DNA of 37,451 nt from a virus (IMGVR_UViG_3300033076_000893:1-37451), one strand, 5' to 3'; shown: positions 26,127-35,222, numbered from the stretch's first letter. Made by a program: numbers and translations. The notes: generated from the letters alone by a model not told the origin.

Positions 26127-26955
26127 CAGAATCGTCAGGGACGCCATTCTTTCCAGTGAGCGGGTTGCCTCGCTTGGCTGGCCGGAAGAGGTGTTCTATC
26201 GACGCCTGATGTCCATCGTGGACGACTTTGGCCGGTATGAGGCGAACCCGCAGTTGCTGCGCTCGCGCTGCTACCCACTGCAAACAGACAACGTTCGTGC
26301 TGCGGACATTTCCCGTTGGATGGCTGCGTGCCAGAAGGCCGGTTTGATCCTTGGTTACGAGGTTGCTGGCAAGCAGTACCTTGAAGTTCTCAACTTCGGG
26401 CAGCAGCAACGAACTGCAAGCAAGTTCCCTCCTCCTCCGCCTGTTGATAACAAATGTCAGCAAGGTATATCAAATGATCGTCTAGGCGTATCCGTATTCG
26501 GAGTCGTATCCGAAGGCGTAGTCGAAGGTAGCGCCGAGCCGCAAAGCGACTCGCCGCCAGCCGTCGTGTCTGTGCCATTGGTGGACAAAACCGAGTACGG
26601 GGTCACGCAGGCAGAGATCGACGAATGGAGCCTTGCATACCCGGGCGTCAACGTGGTGCAGCAACTGCGGGAAATGCGGGTTTGGAGCTTGGCCAACACG
26701 GCGCAACGCAAGACCCGCCGAGGTTTCAATGCCTTCGTGGTTCGCTGGCTGGCGAAAGAGCAGGACAAGGCGGGCGGCTCACGACAGGCCACCTTTGCCC
26801 ATCAAGCCGCCGATGTGGCCCGCGTCACCGTCCCCCCAAAGCCTGGCAAAGATCCGACGCTGCTTGAGATCGAGCGGCATTCGGCTACTGCAAAACCCAT
26901 GTCCCCTGAGATTCGCCAAGCGCTGCGAGAAGCGGCGGAAAGGATGCGCGCATGA
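26119..26955 (+). CDS. Phage replication initiator-like protein
   Basis: PNRIVRDAILSSE...DDFGR N-terminus; low-complexity linker; FVVRWL C-terminal motif. Confidence 0.75.
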   Translation: MPNRIVRDAILSSERVASLGWPEEVFYRRLMSIVDDFGRYEANPQLLRSRCYPLQTDNVRAADISRWMAACQKAGLILGYEVAGKQYLEVLNFGQQQRTASKFPPPPPVDNKCQQGISNDRLGVSVFGVVSEGVVEGSAEPQSDSPPAVVSVPLVDKTEYGVTQAEIDEWSLAYPGVNVVQQLREMRVWSLANTAQRKTRRGFNAFVVRWLAKEQDKAGGSRQATFAHQAADVARVTVPPKPGKDPTLLEIERHSATAKPMSPEIRQALREAAERMRA

Positions 26956-27134
26956 GGACCGTAGTGACTTTGATCATTGAGCACATTGAGCCGTTGCCGA
27001 ACCTTGCGAGAGAAATTGCCCGAGAGGCTTTGTGGATGGATGACGTTACGAACGTCCACATCCAAGGATCGGCTGTCTCTGGAGAAATGATCACTCTGCC
27101 TGTGATCGAAATGCCGGAAGAGGTGAAGCCATGA
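26952..27134 (+). CDS. Hypothetical protein
   Basis: ATGA-coupled. Confidence 0.55.
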   Translation: MRTVVTLIIEHIEPLPNLAREIAREALWMDDVTNVHIQGSAVSGEMITLPVIEMPEEVKP

Positions 27135-27391
27135 GGTGCCGTGTTGGAGATTTGGCGATGGTTGTACGGTGCTCACCGGGGTCGGAAATCACTCTCGGAC
27201 ACGTCTGCGAAGTTGTAGAGATGGAGATCCACCCATTCACCAAAGAGATTGGCTGGGTTGTTGAGCCACCTTGCCCAAATGGGCATGACTGCATTGTTGA
27301 TGCCTTCCTTCGCCCCATTCGCGACGCAGGCGACGACGCAACCGATGAGATGGTTCTGATCGCTGGCAAGCCTCAAGAGGTGAGTGCATGA
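27131..27391 (+). CDS. Hypothetical protein
   Basis: CRVGDLAMVV...LRPIRD; GAGG RBS. Confidence 0.65.
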   Translation: MRCRVGDLAMVVRCSPGSEITLGHVCEVVEMEIHPFTKEIGWVVEPPCPNGHDCIVDAFLRPIRDAGDDATDEMVLIAGKPQEVSA

Positions 27392-27576
27392 CCCTTCACA
27401 ACAAGGAATGGAAGTTCCGCCGCATGGTGATCCAGGCTGCTACGAGAAAGCGCCGTCCTGATGGTGTTGGCCTTCGTCGACCGGCTCACAAAGAGACGCC
27501 TCTGAGCAACGCTGAGATTTTCTACGGCTTGCAGCACGGGCTGATCAGCCTTCCCCCTCTCAACCAAGGAGCATGA
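27388..27576 (+). CDS. Hypothetical protein
   Basis: GAGG RBS; coupled. Confidence 0.55.
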   Translation: MTLHNKEWKFRRMVIQAATRKRRPDGVGLRRPAHKETPLSNAEIFYGLQHGLISLPPLNQGA

Positions 27577-27749
27577 CCATGAGCAAGAACCATGTGTGGG
27601 TCGTTGAAATGAAGGTGGCAAAAGACTGGGTTCCTATGGCTCATGAGACTTGTGCTGATCGTCAGTCGGCGCGTGCTCTTGCTGCGTGGCGTAGGGGCAT
27701 GGGGAGGGGTTTTGTTGTCCGTGTTCGCAAGTACGTGAGAGCAGCATGA
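27573..27749 (+). CDS. 58-aa hypothetical protein (absent from ORF track)
   Basis: MTMSKNHVWVV...RVRKYVRAA; coupled at both ends. Confidence 0.55.
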   Translation: MTMSKNHVWVVEMKVAKDWVPMAHETCADRQSARALAAWRRGMGRGFVVRVRKYVRAA

Positions 27750-28159
27750 CCGACCGTCTATCCATCCGCATGTGGGAGCCTACCCAAGCGCGCAAGGCTC
27801 TGGACGGCGCTATCTGGACCCAGCTCAAGGCGCATCTCATGGCCGGGCGGCGCATGGTGGTTGAGGTCAAGCCTGAGACGCGCAGCCTCGAAGCCAATGC
27901 GCGTATGTGGGCAATGCTGACCGAGATCTCGGCTCAAGTCGAGTGGTACGGCCACCACCTCACTCCTGGCGAGTGGAAGGATGTCTTTAGCGCGGCCATG
28001 AAGCGCACGAAGGTCGTTCCTGGCCTGGATGGTGGATTTGTCGTCTGCGGCCAGTCCACCTCAAAGATGACCCGCGCCGAGATGAGCGAGATGCAGGAGT
28101 TGATGGCTGCATTCGCCGCTGAGCGCGGGGTTCGGTTCAGTGCGGTGGAGGCGGTGTGA
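27746..28159 (+). CDS. ninB: NinB-family recombination protein
   Basis: RSLEANARMWAMLTEISAQV..W; VPGLDGGFV; STSKMT. Confidence 0.9.
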   Translation: MTDRLSIRMWEPTQARKALDGAIWTQLKAHLMAGRRMVVEVKPETRSLEANARMWAMLTEISAQVEWYGHHLTPGEWKDVFSAAMKRTKVVPGLDGGFVVCGQSTSKMTRAEMSEMQELMAAFAAERGVRFSAVEAV

Positions 28160-28446
28160 GGCGTGCCGCAAAGATCGACGCTAACCAGCCCGAAATCGTC
28201 TCGGCGCTGCGCAAGGTGGGCGCGACCGTGGTAACGCTGGCTGCGGTAGGGAAGGGCGTTCCTGACCTGCTCGTGGGCTTCCGCCAGTCCACCTATCTGC
28301 TCGAAGTCAAAGACGGGCAGAAACCGCTGAGTGACCGCCAGCTCACGCCGGACCAGATTGATTGGCATGTCGCCTGGACCGGTGGCCCGTGCGCTGTTGT
28401 CAGTTGCGTGGGCGAGGCGCTTTCTTTCATAGGAGCCGCGCAATGA
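28156..28446 (+). CDS. VRR-NUC / PD-(D/E)xK-like nuclease
   Basis: DANQPEIV...GVPDLLV...LLEVK...LTPDQ. Confidence 0.75.
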   Translation: MRRAAKIDANQPEIVSALRKVGATVVTLAAVGKGVPDLLVGFRQSTYLLEVKDGQKPLSDRQLTPDQIDWHVAWTGGPCAVVSCVGEALSFIGAAQ

Positions 28447-28766
28447 AGGGCTCAACCCCAACCGCCGCCGAACGTGATCTATGGGACGCGCTGGCGGAGC
28501 TTGGCTGCATCGCCTGCCGCAAGGATGGCCGCGTTAACCCAGTCGTCTCTATTCACCACATCGACGGTCGAACCAAGCCTGGGGCGCATCGCAAGGTGCT
28601 GCCGCTGTGTGCAGGCCACCACCAGGACGGAACCGGCGCACCCGGCTTGATCGCAGTCCACCCCTACAAGGCCCGGTTTGAGGCGAAGTATGGACGGCAG
28701 ACCGATCTGCTGGACGACTGTTTGCAGATGCTTGTACCAACAACCAAGTCACGTTACACCCAATGA
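28443..28766 (+). CDS. Ref-like HNH recombination-enhancement nuclease
   Basis: GCIACR...IHHIDGRTK..AH..VLPLCAGHHQ. Confidence 0.75.
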   Translation: MKGSTPTAAERDLWDALAELGCIACRKDGRVNPVVSIHHIDGRTKPGAHRKVLPLCAGHHQDGTGAPGLIAVHPYKARFEAKYGRQTDLLDDCLQMLVPTTKSRYTQ

Positions 28767-29239
28767 ATCTCGACGACATCAAATCCCGCTGCACAGAAGT
28801 AGGCGATTGCCTGGAATGGCAGGGCTACTACGGGCGCAACCATCCCCGATCAGCAGGTCAAAGTGTCCGGCGCATCGTCTACGAGCTGGTTCATGGACCG
28901 GTGGAGAGCGATCCCAAGAAGGTCGTGACCATGACATGTGACAACCACCGCTGTGTTCATCCCGATCACCTGGCCTACGTCAAGAAGACCGTGGTAGCTC
29001 GCCGGGTCGCATCGAAAGGGCTGTTTTCCACACTGATCCGCAAGCAACGGATAGCCGAAACCCGCCGCATGCAGTCGGGGAGCATCACCATGGAAATTGC
29101 CCGTGAGATCAGGGCAAGCGATCTTAATGCCAAGGAAGAGGCCAAGCAAAGGGGAATCAGCCGGGGCATGGTCTACAAGATCCGCGCTCATGAGACGTGG
29201 CGGGAGTACGGTGCAAACCACTTTGCGGGGCTGATGTGA
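28763..29239 (+). CDS. HNH-like protein with C-terminal DNA-binding region
   Basis: CLEWQG...CDNHRCVHPDHL. Confidence 0.65.
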   Translation: MNLDDIKSRCTEVGDCLEWQGYYGRNHPRSAGQSVRRIVYELVHGPVESDPKKVVTMTCDNHRCVHPDHLAYVKKTVVARRVASKGLFSTLIRKQRIAETRRMQSGSITMEIAREIRASDLNAKEEAKQRGISRGMVYKIRAHETWREYGANHFAGLM

Positions 29240-29511
29240 TGACTCAAACGATTGACCAAACACTTGCCGAGCGCGGCAACCGTTACGGCGACTTCACAGA
29301 CCATGCACGGATCTGTCAGGGCCTCAAGCGCCTCATGATGCTCACACCGGGTTGGGCGCGTCTCTCCGACGTGCAGCGCCAGGCCCTTGACGTGATCGCC
29401 GACAAGCAGGCTCGCATCCTGTCTGGCGACCCCGATTACGCCGACAACTGGCACGACATCCAGGGGTATGCCAAGTTGGTTGAGGACCGGTTGCCGAAGG
29501 AGGGCTCATGA
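29239..29511 (+). CDS. DUF6378-like protein
   Basis: TLAERGNRYGDF...DNWHDIQGYA. Confidence 0.7.
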   Translation: MTQTIDQTLAERGNRYGDFTDHARICQGLKRLMMLTPGWARLSDVQRQALDVIADKQARILSGDPDYADNWHDIQGYAKLVEDRLPKEGS

Positions 29512-29912
29512 CCGAAACCATTGAACGCACCGAGCAAGAGGTCAACGAAGCCCTTAACGACCTGCTTCGTCGCTGGCACGCCCACTGCCTCGGGTACTCG
29601 CATGGCAAGGGCTACCCATCCGTGGACTCGGCATGCCGGTACTCGCGCACATCGCGGCAGTACGACGACCAAAACGGGGCGCTCGATTCGGCGGTGGACA
29701 GCAAGATCATGGAAGGTGTTGACGGGGTGATGTGGAACATCCAGCAGCCGTACCTCACGGCTTTGCAGTTCCAGGCCCGCAATCTGTTTACCGGCAAACA
29801 GGTATGGACATCGCCACGGCTCCCCGTCGATCCCCAGGAGCGAGCGGTCATTTTGATCGAAGCCCGAAATATTTTGCTCAGGGGGCTTGCAAAGGCCGGA
29901 GTGATGAATTAG
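29508..29912 (+). CDS. Putative Q-like late antiterminator
   Basis: Position only: last early gene, overlapped by a promoter followed by a terminator. Confidence 0.55.
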   Translation: MTETIERTEQEVNEALNDLLRRWHAHCLGYSHGKGYPSVDSACRYSRTSRQYDDQNGALDSAVDSKIMEGVDGVMWNIQQPYLTALQFQARNLFTGKQVWTSPRLPVDPQERAVILIEARNILLRGLAKAGVMN

Positions 29913-29915
29913 ACT
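29887..29915 (+). promoter_or_regulatory. Late promoter pR'
   Basis: TTGCAA-17-TAGACT. Confidence 0.75.
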
Positions 29916-29924
29916 CGCCCACGG

Positions 29925-29966
29925 CGGGCGAAGTTGTCTTCAAAGAGATTTCGCCCGTTTTCGTTT
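29925..29966 (+). terminator. tR'-like terminator
   Basis: CGGGCGAAGT...ATTTCGCCCG followed by TTTTCGTTT. Confidence 0.75.
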
Positions 29967-29989
29967 GGAGGCCGACGCGCCTCTAAGCG

Positions 29990-30185
29990 GCATCACATAG
30001 TCGGCGGCGTGGAAGGACACGCAGCGAGATCGCAACGGGAAACAAACGGGTAAAGCCGCGTAGTACCGTGATAGGTGGTATGAGCAGCAGCCGGCTTCGG
30101 TTGGCGACAAGGGAACCTGCACAAGCGCTGGATTAGTGCCACCCAGCAGCCGGAATCAAGCCCGGCACGACTATGTGATGCGCCA
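29990..30185 (+). ncRNA. tRNA-like structured RNA (not a canonical tRNA)
   Basis: 14-bp terminal stem plus GCCA; D-like and T-like arms; about 125-nt insert in place of anticodon arm. Confidence 0.6.
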
Positions 30186-30464
30186 TGAAGGCTTCGGATT
30201 GTTTCTGCTGTATTGCACGAGGTCGCCCAGACGAAAGTTGGTGGCCGGCAGTCCGAAGCCTTGATGGTGAAAGAGAACGCAGCACTTGCGACTATGACGG
30301 GCAAGCGAAAACCCGACCGTTAGGCGTTTGACGCTAGAGACGGTAATCAAGCACGGCAGAGAATCGGGGACGTGCAATCCGCGCGAGTCGCCGCCATCAA
30401 CCTTCAAGTCCGGCACGCATCGCGTTGACCGGCCATCCGAGCTGATCGCCGGATGAAGTAATCC

Positions 30465-30498
30465 AAGCCGCTCCGCAGCAATGCCCGGGCGGCTTTTT
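30465..30498 (+). terminator. Second terminator in late leader
   Basis: AAGCCGCTC...GGGCGGCTT with T-run. Confidence 0.7.
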
Positions 30499-30745
30499 CG
30501 CGTTCGCAGGGCAGCGACATCAACCCGATAGACCAAGTGTCATAAGGCCGCTCGCCCTGCACCTATCTTCATGCCCGCAGCCGAAGCGGGTCCGGCAAGG
30601 CCGGGTAACCCTTCCCCAGCTCGACCCTGGGGTGAAGCGGCAAGGTCGATACCGCATCGCACCAGCTAGGCCAGATCAAGCCTGGTAGTCGGATGGTGCG
30701 CATCTCATTCAAACGTACCTGAACGCATTCAGGGTAGGAGGCTTC

Positions 30746-31087
30746 ATGGAAGCTGGACTTGTGGCCATGGGCCATTCCTCATTGAAACTCGCCCCTCTCG
30801 CCGGCATGGAAGACCGCGATCTCCTGCAGATCGTTGACCTCAAGACCGATGAACAGCACCGCAACAAGGGCGAAGCATCGAAGCTGATGGAAGAGGTGTG
30901 TCGCCGGGCTGATCTGAGCAAGTTCCTCCTGATCTTGACGCCTGAGCCTCGCTCGCTTGAGGACTTCTACAAGAAGTTCGGCTTCGTGACCATCCAGCAC
31001 AAGCCATCGATGTTGATGTGCCGCGACCCGAAGAAGAAGGTGTGGAACATCGACACCGATGAGGTTGCGGAAGTTGGTGGGCACTGA
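30746..31087 (+). CDS. GNAT-family acetyltransferase
   Basis: HRNKGEASKLM acetyl-CoA motif A; LEDFYKKFGF; GGAGG RBS. Confidence 0.8.
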   Translation: MEAGLVAMGHSSLKLAPLAGMEDRDLLQIVDLKTDEQHRNKGEASKLMEEVCRRADLSKFLLILTPEPRSLEDFYKKFGFVTIQHKPSMLMCRDPKKKVWNIDTDEVAEVGGH

Positions 31088-31088
31088 C

Positions 31089-31376
31089 ATGAACGACGGC
31101 AAAGTGCCGAAAAGTGCCAAGCGCCAGCCTCCTGGCGGAAGTCGCAAGGGCGTGCCCAACAAGGTCACCAAGGAACTCAAGGAGATGATCCTGGGCGCTC
31201 TGGACCAATCCGGAGGGGTGGAGTACCTAGTTGAGCGTGCGAATGACCCTAGGACTGCTGCGGCCTTCTTGTCGCTGGTTGGGAAAGTCCTGCCGATGAC
31301 GGTTCAAGGGCCGGGCACAAATGGTGAGTTCAGCATTGCGGTGATCGAGCGACGTGTCATCGACTCTGGTAATTGA
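31089..31376 (+). CDS. terS: Terminase small subunit
   Basis: GSRKGVPNKVTKELKEMI; precedes TerL. Confidence 0.75.
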   Translation: MNDGKVPKSAKRQPPGGSRKGVPNKVTKELKEMILGALDQSGGVEYLVERANDPRTAAAFLSLVGKVLPMTVQGPGTNGEFSIAVIERRVIDSGN

Positions 31377-32610
31377 GACGCCGCGCGTCTTTCTACCGCT
31401 ACTCGCTGACAAAGATTCAAAGGGCTACCCTGCGCGCTATCTAGGTGCTCACGGTGGCCGAGGCTCAGGCAAGTCTCACTTCTTCGGTGAGATGCTGATC
31501 GAGCGATCGATCGTGGAGAAGACGGATGCGGTTTGCGTTCGTGAAGTGCAGAAGTCGCTTGATCAGTCGGTTAAGAAGCTGCTCGAAGACAAGATCGAGA
31601 CGATGAACGCAGGGGCGTACTTCGAGGTTCAGGATAAGAAGATCCTGAGCAAGCTCGGCGGACTGATCATCTTCCAAGGGATGCAGAACCACACCGCCGA
31701 CTCGATCAAGTCGCTTGAAGGTTACGACATTGCATGGGTGGAAGAGGCGCAGAGCTTGAGCCAACGCTCGCTTGACCTACTTCGCCCGACGCTGAGAAAG
31801 CAGGGATCGCAGCTCTGGTTTAGCTGGAACCCGGATTTAGAGACTGACCCGATTGATGCGCTGCTGAGGTGTGAAAACCCACCTCCAGGCTCGATTGTGG
31901 TCAAGGCGAACTATCGGGACAATCCGAAGCTGCCTCAGGTCTTGAAGGATGAGTTGGACTATGACCAGCGCAGAGACCCGGACAAGTTCGCGCACATCTG
32001 GCTTGGTGAGTATCGAAAGAACTCCGAAGCCCGGGTGTTCAAGAACTGGAAGATCGAAGAGTTCGACCTTGATCCGACGGCGGTCATTCGCCAAGGTGCG
32101 GATTGGGGCTACTCGATTGACCCGACGGTCTTGGTTCAGTGCTACATCGTTGGCCGAAAGCTCTACGTGCCGCATGAAGCCTATCGAGTGGGTTGCGACA
32201 TTGTGGACACGCCGGATTTGTTTCTGTCTGTCCCTGACAGCGAGAAATGGCCGCTGATTGCTGACTCGGCCAGACCGGAGACGATCAGTCACTTGCGCAA
32301 GAACGGCTTCCCAAAGATTCAGGCCGCTGTGAAAGGTGCTCGAAGCCTGGAAGAGGGCGTTGAGTTCCTGAAGAGCTTTGACATCGTGGTTCATCCACGT
32401 TGCAAGCACCTGATCGACGAGTTGACCTTGTACAGCTACAAGACCGACCCGCTGACCAACCTCGTTCTTCCTGTGTTGGAAGACAAAGACAACCACGTTA
32501 TTGACGCCCTTCGGTATGCATGCGAGGGCGCACGCCGCGCTGCCTCGGTGACGAAGCGAGAGCCCATCAAAACAATGCCCGGTCAAGGATCGGGATGGAT
32601 GAACGGATAA
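31354..32610 (+). CDS. terL: Terminase large subunit, PBSX family
   Basis: GGRGSGKS Walker A, WVEEA Walker B, SWNP, GADWG, NHVIDALRYA. Confidence 0.95.
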   Translation: MSSTLVIETPRVFLPLLADKDSKGYPARYLGAHGGRGSGKSHFFGEMLIERSIVEKTDAVCVREVQKSLDQSVKKLLEDKIETMNAGAYFEVQDKKILSKLGGLIIFQGMQNHTADSIKSLEGYDIAWVEEAQSLSQRSLDLLRPTLRKQGSQLWFSWNPDLETDPIDALLRCENPPPGSIVVKANYRDNPKLPQVLKDELDYDQRRDPDKFAHIWLGEYRKNSEARVFKNWKIEEFDLDPTAVIRQGADWGYSIDPTVLVQCYIVGRKLYVPHEAYRVGCDIVDTPDLFLSVPDSEKWPLIADSARPETISHLRKNGFPKIQAAVKGARSLEEGVEFLKSFDIVVHPRCKHLIDELTLYSYKTDPLTNLVLPVLEDKDNHVIDALRYACEGARRAASVTKREPIKTMPGQGSGWMNG

Positions 32611-32613
32611 GCC

Positions 32614-32904
32614 ATGAGCCTCAAGAACACATCAGCCTGCCTCGGATACCAGCAAATCACCAGTTTGGCCGCATCCACTGGTTTGACGGTGCCGAGCGAT
32701 CAGCTTCGTGGCATTCCGACTCTTGCCGTGATCCAGGCCGAGGCTCAGGCTGTGCGCTGGCGTGATGACGGTACTGCTCCGACTGCGACGGTCGGCATGG
32801 TTCTCGCGGCTGGCGCGTCGATGGAGTACGACGGCAATCTGGCAGGGATTCGGTTCATCGAGTCCACTGCTGGCGCGATCCTCAACGTCAGCTACCGAAG
32901 CTAA
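32614..32904 (+). CDS. Small beta-rich putative virion protein
   Basis: Between terL and portal; TAATG coupling to portal. Confidence 0.6.
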   Translation: MSLKNTSACLGYQQITSLAASTGLTVPSDQLRGIPTLAVIQAEAQAVRWRDDGTAPTATVGMVLAAGASMEYDGNLAGIRFIESTAGAILNVSYRS

Positions 32905-35213
32905 TGGCTGAAAAGTCCAAGAAACCGTCCCAGGATGACATCCTCGCGACGGCTAAGGAGAGGTTTGCCTACGCGATTGATCGAGCCGAGCACAACCGTT
33001 CGCGGCAGAAGGAAGACATTCGGTTTGCAGCTTCATCTCCTGATGATCCTTGGCAGTGGGAGCAGATGACGCTGCAGGCCCGCAGGCTGCACAACCGACC
33101 GATCCTGACGATCAACAAGCTGCCTCTGCACATTCGGCAGGTCACGAACGACATTCGCCAGAACCGTCCGCAGGTTCGCTATCGGCCTGCTGACGACAAG
33201 TCCGACCCCGAAGTCGCTGACATTCTCAATGGTCTGGTGCGGCACATCGAGGCTCATTCGCAGGCTGACATGGCCTATGACGCGTGCGTGCTGAACCAGG
33301 TCACGCATGGCGAAGGTTACTTCCGTGTGCTCGCTGACTACGTGAGCGACGAGGCTTTCGATCAGGACATCTTCATCAAGCGTGTTGAAGATCCGTTCCG
33401 GGTGCATCTCGACCCTGATCGGCTGGACCCTGTTGGTTCTGATGCGAAGTGGGGTTTCATCGACGACGACATGTCGGAAGATGAGTTCAAGAAGCAGTAC
33501 CCAGACGCGGAGCCTGTTGATTGGAAGTTTGCCAACGACACGACGTGGTTCCCGGGCGAAAAGCGCATCCGCATCGTCGAGTATTTCGAGATCGAAGAGA
33601 AGGAAAAGAAGCTCTTTCTGTGGGCCAATGGTTCAACCTCGTTCGAAGGCGACCCGATGCCCACTGGCGTTTACATGGGCGAGGTGCCCATCAAAGAGCG
33701 CATGTCCACCAAGTGCAAAGTCATTTGGCGCAAGCTCAACGGCCAGGAAGTGCTTGACACGAAGGAATTTCCGTCGAAGTACATCCCGATCATCCGTGCG
33801 GTCGGGAACGAGTGGAAGGTGGACGGCAAGACCTACATCTCGGGCATCGTGCGCAACGCGAAGGACTCGCAGCGCATGTACAACGTGGCTCAGTCTGCGA
33901 TTGTCGAGCGCGTGTTGCTTGCTCCCAAAGCGCCGTGGACTGCGCCTGTTGAGTCGATCAAGGGCTATGAAGCCATTTGGCAGACGGCCAATACCGATCC
34001 TCACTCCTTCCTTCCTTACAACGGACTGGACGAAGCAGGGAATCAGCTCCCACGTCCTGAGCGCACCCAGCCTGCAACGGTTGAGCCTGGCTTGTCGCAG
34101 ATCGCCATGGGTGCATCTGACGACATCAAGGCAGAGACCGGCCAGTTTGATGCATCGCTAGGCCAGAAGTCCAACGAGACCAGCGGCAAGGCCATCATGG
34201 CTCGCCAGCGTGAAGGCGATACCGCGACTTTCCACTTTGTGGATAACTTCGGCCAGTCGGTTCGGCACCTCGGCGCGATCATTCTGGACATGATTCCTCG
34301 GGTCTACGACACCAAGCGTGTCGCGAAGATTCTGGGTGAAGACGGCGACATGGCAACGGCTGTGCTCGACCCTGCATTGCCTGAAGCCATGCAGAAGGTG
34401 CGCGACGACAAGGGCGCGATCAGCCGCATCTTCAACCCGAATGTGGGTTTCTACGACGTTTATGTGACGACCGGCCCGAGCTACACGACTCGGCGCGTTG
34501 AAGCTGCAGAAGCCATGACGCAGATGGTTCAGGCCAATCCTGAGCTGTGGGGCGTCATTGGAGACCAGATCGTCAAGAGCATGGACTGGCCTGGTGCTGA
34601 AGACATGGCTGAACGGCTCAAGCTCACGCTCATTCCGCCTGTTCAGGAAATGCTCGGCAAGGACGAAGGCGAGCCTGAGATTCCGCCTCAGATCAAAGGC
34701 GCAATGGATCAGATGCAAGGCCAAGTCCAGCAGCTTGACCAAGCGCTTCAGGGTGCCATGGGCGATCTGGAAAAGGCTGAGGCTGACAAGCGCCAGATGG
34801 AGCTGAAAGCTCAGCAGGAAGAGTCCAAGCGCATCAAGATTGAGACCGAAAACTACGTGCTCAAGGCTCAGAAGCAGCTTGCAGACGAGGAGCAGCAAGC
34901 GATGCAGCGCGTGCAAAGCGCCATGCAGCCGCCAGTTGTGCCAGAGGTCGAGAACGAAGCTGTTGAGGCTGAGCAAGAGGAGCAGGAAATGCAAATGCTC
35001 AACGCAATGGTTGAGGCCCTAGGTCAACTGGCCCAGCAGCAGCAAGCGGCCAACGAGCAACTGATCGGCGCGATTCAAGAGAGCAGTGCAGCGACTCAAG
35101 CCAGTGTTGAGCAGATGGCGCAGGTCATCTTGGCTGATCGCCAGCAACCCCGGACTGTCCGCTTGAGCAGCGGCAAGACCATCGAAATCAACCCAGCGCA
35201 GATGGCGCAGTAA
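32904..35213 (+). CDS. Portal protein, P22-like
   Basis: RPILTINKL, SNETSGKAIMARQREG, GPSYTTRR; long C-terminal coiled coil. Confidence 0.93.
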   Translation: MAEKSKKPSQDDILATAKERFAYAIDRAEHNRSRQKEDIRFAASSPDDPWQWEQMTLQARRLHNRPILTINKLPLHIRQVTNDIRQNRPQVRYRPADDKSDPEVADILNGLVRHIEAHSQADMAYDACVLNQVTHGEGYFRVLADYVSDEAFDQDIFIKRVEDPFRVHLDPDRLDPVGSDAKWGFIDDDMSEDEFKKQYPDAEPVDWKFANDTTWFPGEKRIRIVEYFEIEEKEKKLFLWANGSTSFEGDPMPTGVYMGEVPIKERMSTKCKVIWRKLNGQEVLDTKEFPSKYIPIIRAVGNEWKVDGKTYISGIVRNAKDSQRMYNVAQSAIVERVLLAPKAPWTAPVESIKGYEAIWQTANTDPHSFLPYNGLDEAGNQLPRPERTQPATVEPGLSQIAMGASDDIKAETGQFDASLGQKSNETSGKAIMARQREGDTATFHFVDNFGQSVRHLGAIILDMIPRVYDTKRVAKILGEDGDMATAVLDPALPEAMQKVRDDKGAISRIFNPNVGFYDVYVTTGPSYTTRRVEAAEAMTQMVQANPELWGVIGDQIVKSMDWPGAEDMAERLKLTLIPPVQEMLGKDEGEPEIPPQIKGAMDQMQGQVQQLDQALQGAMGDLEKAEADKRQMELKAQQEESKRIKIETENYVLKAQKQLADEEQQAMQRVQSAMQPPVVPEVENEAVEAEQEEQEMQMLNAMVEALGQLAQQQQAANEQLIGAIQESSAATQASVEQMAQVILADRQQPRTVRLSSGKTIEINPAQMAQ

Positions 35214-35222
35214 GGAAGCAGA

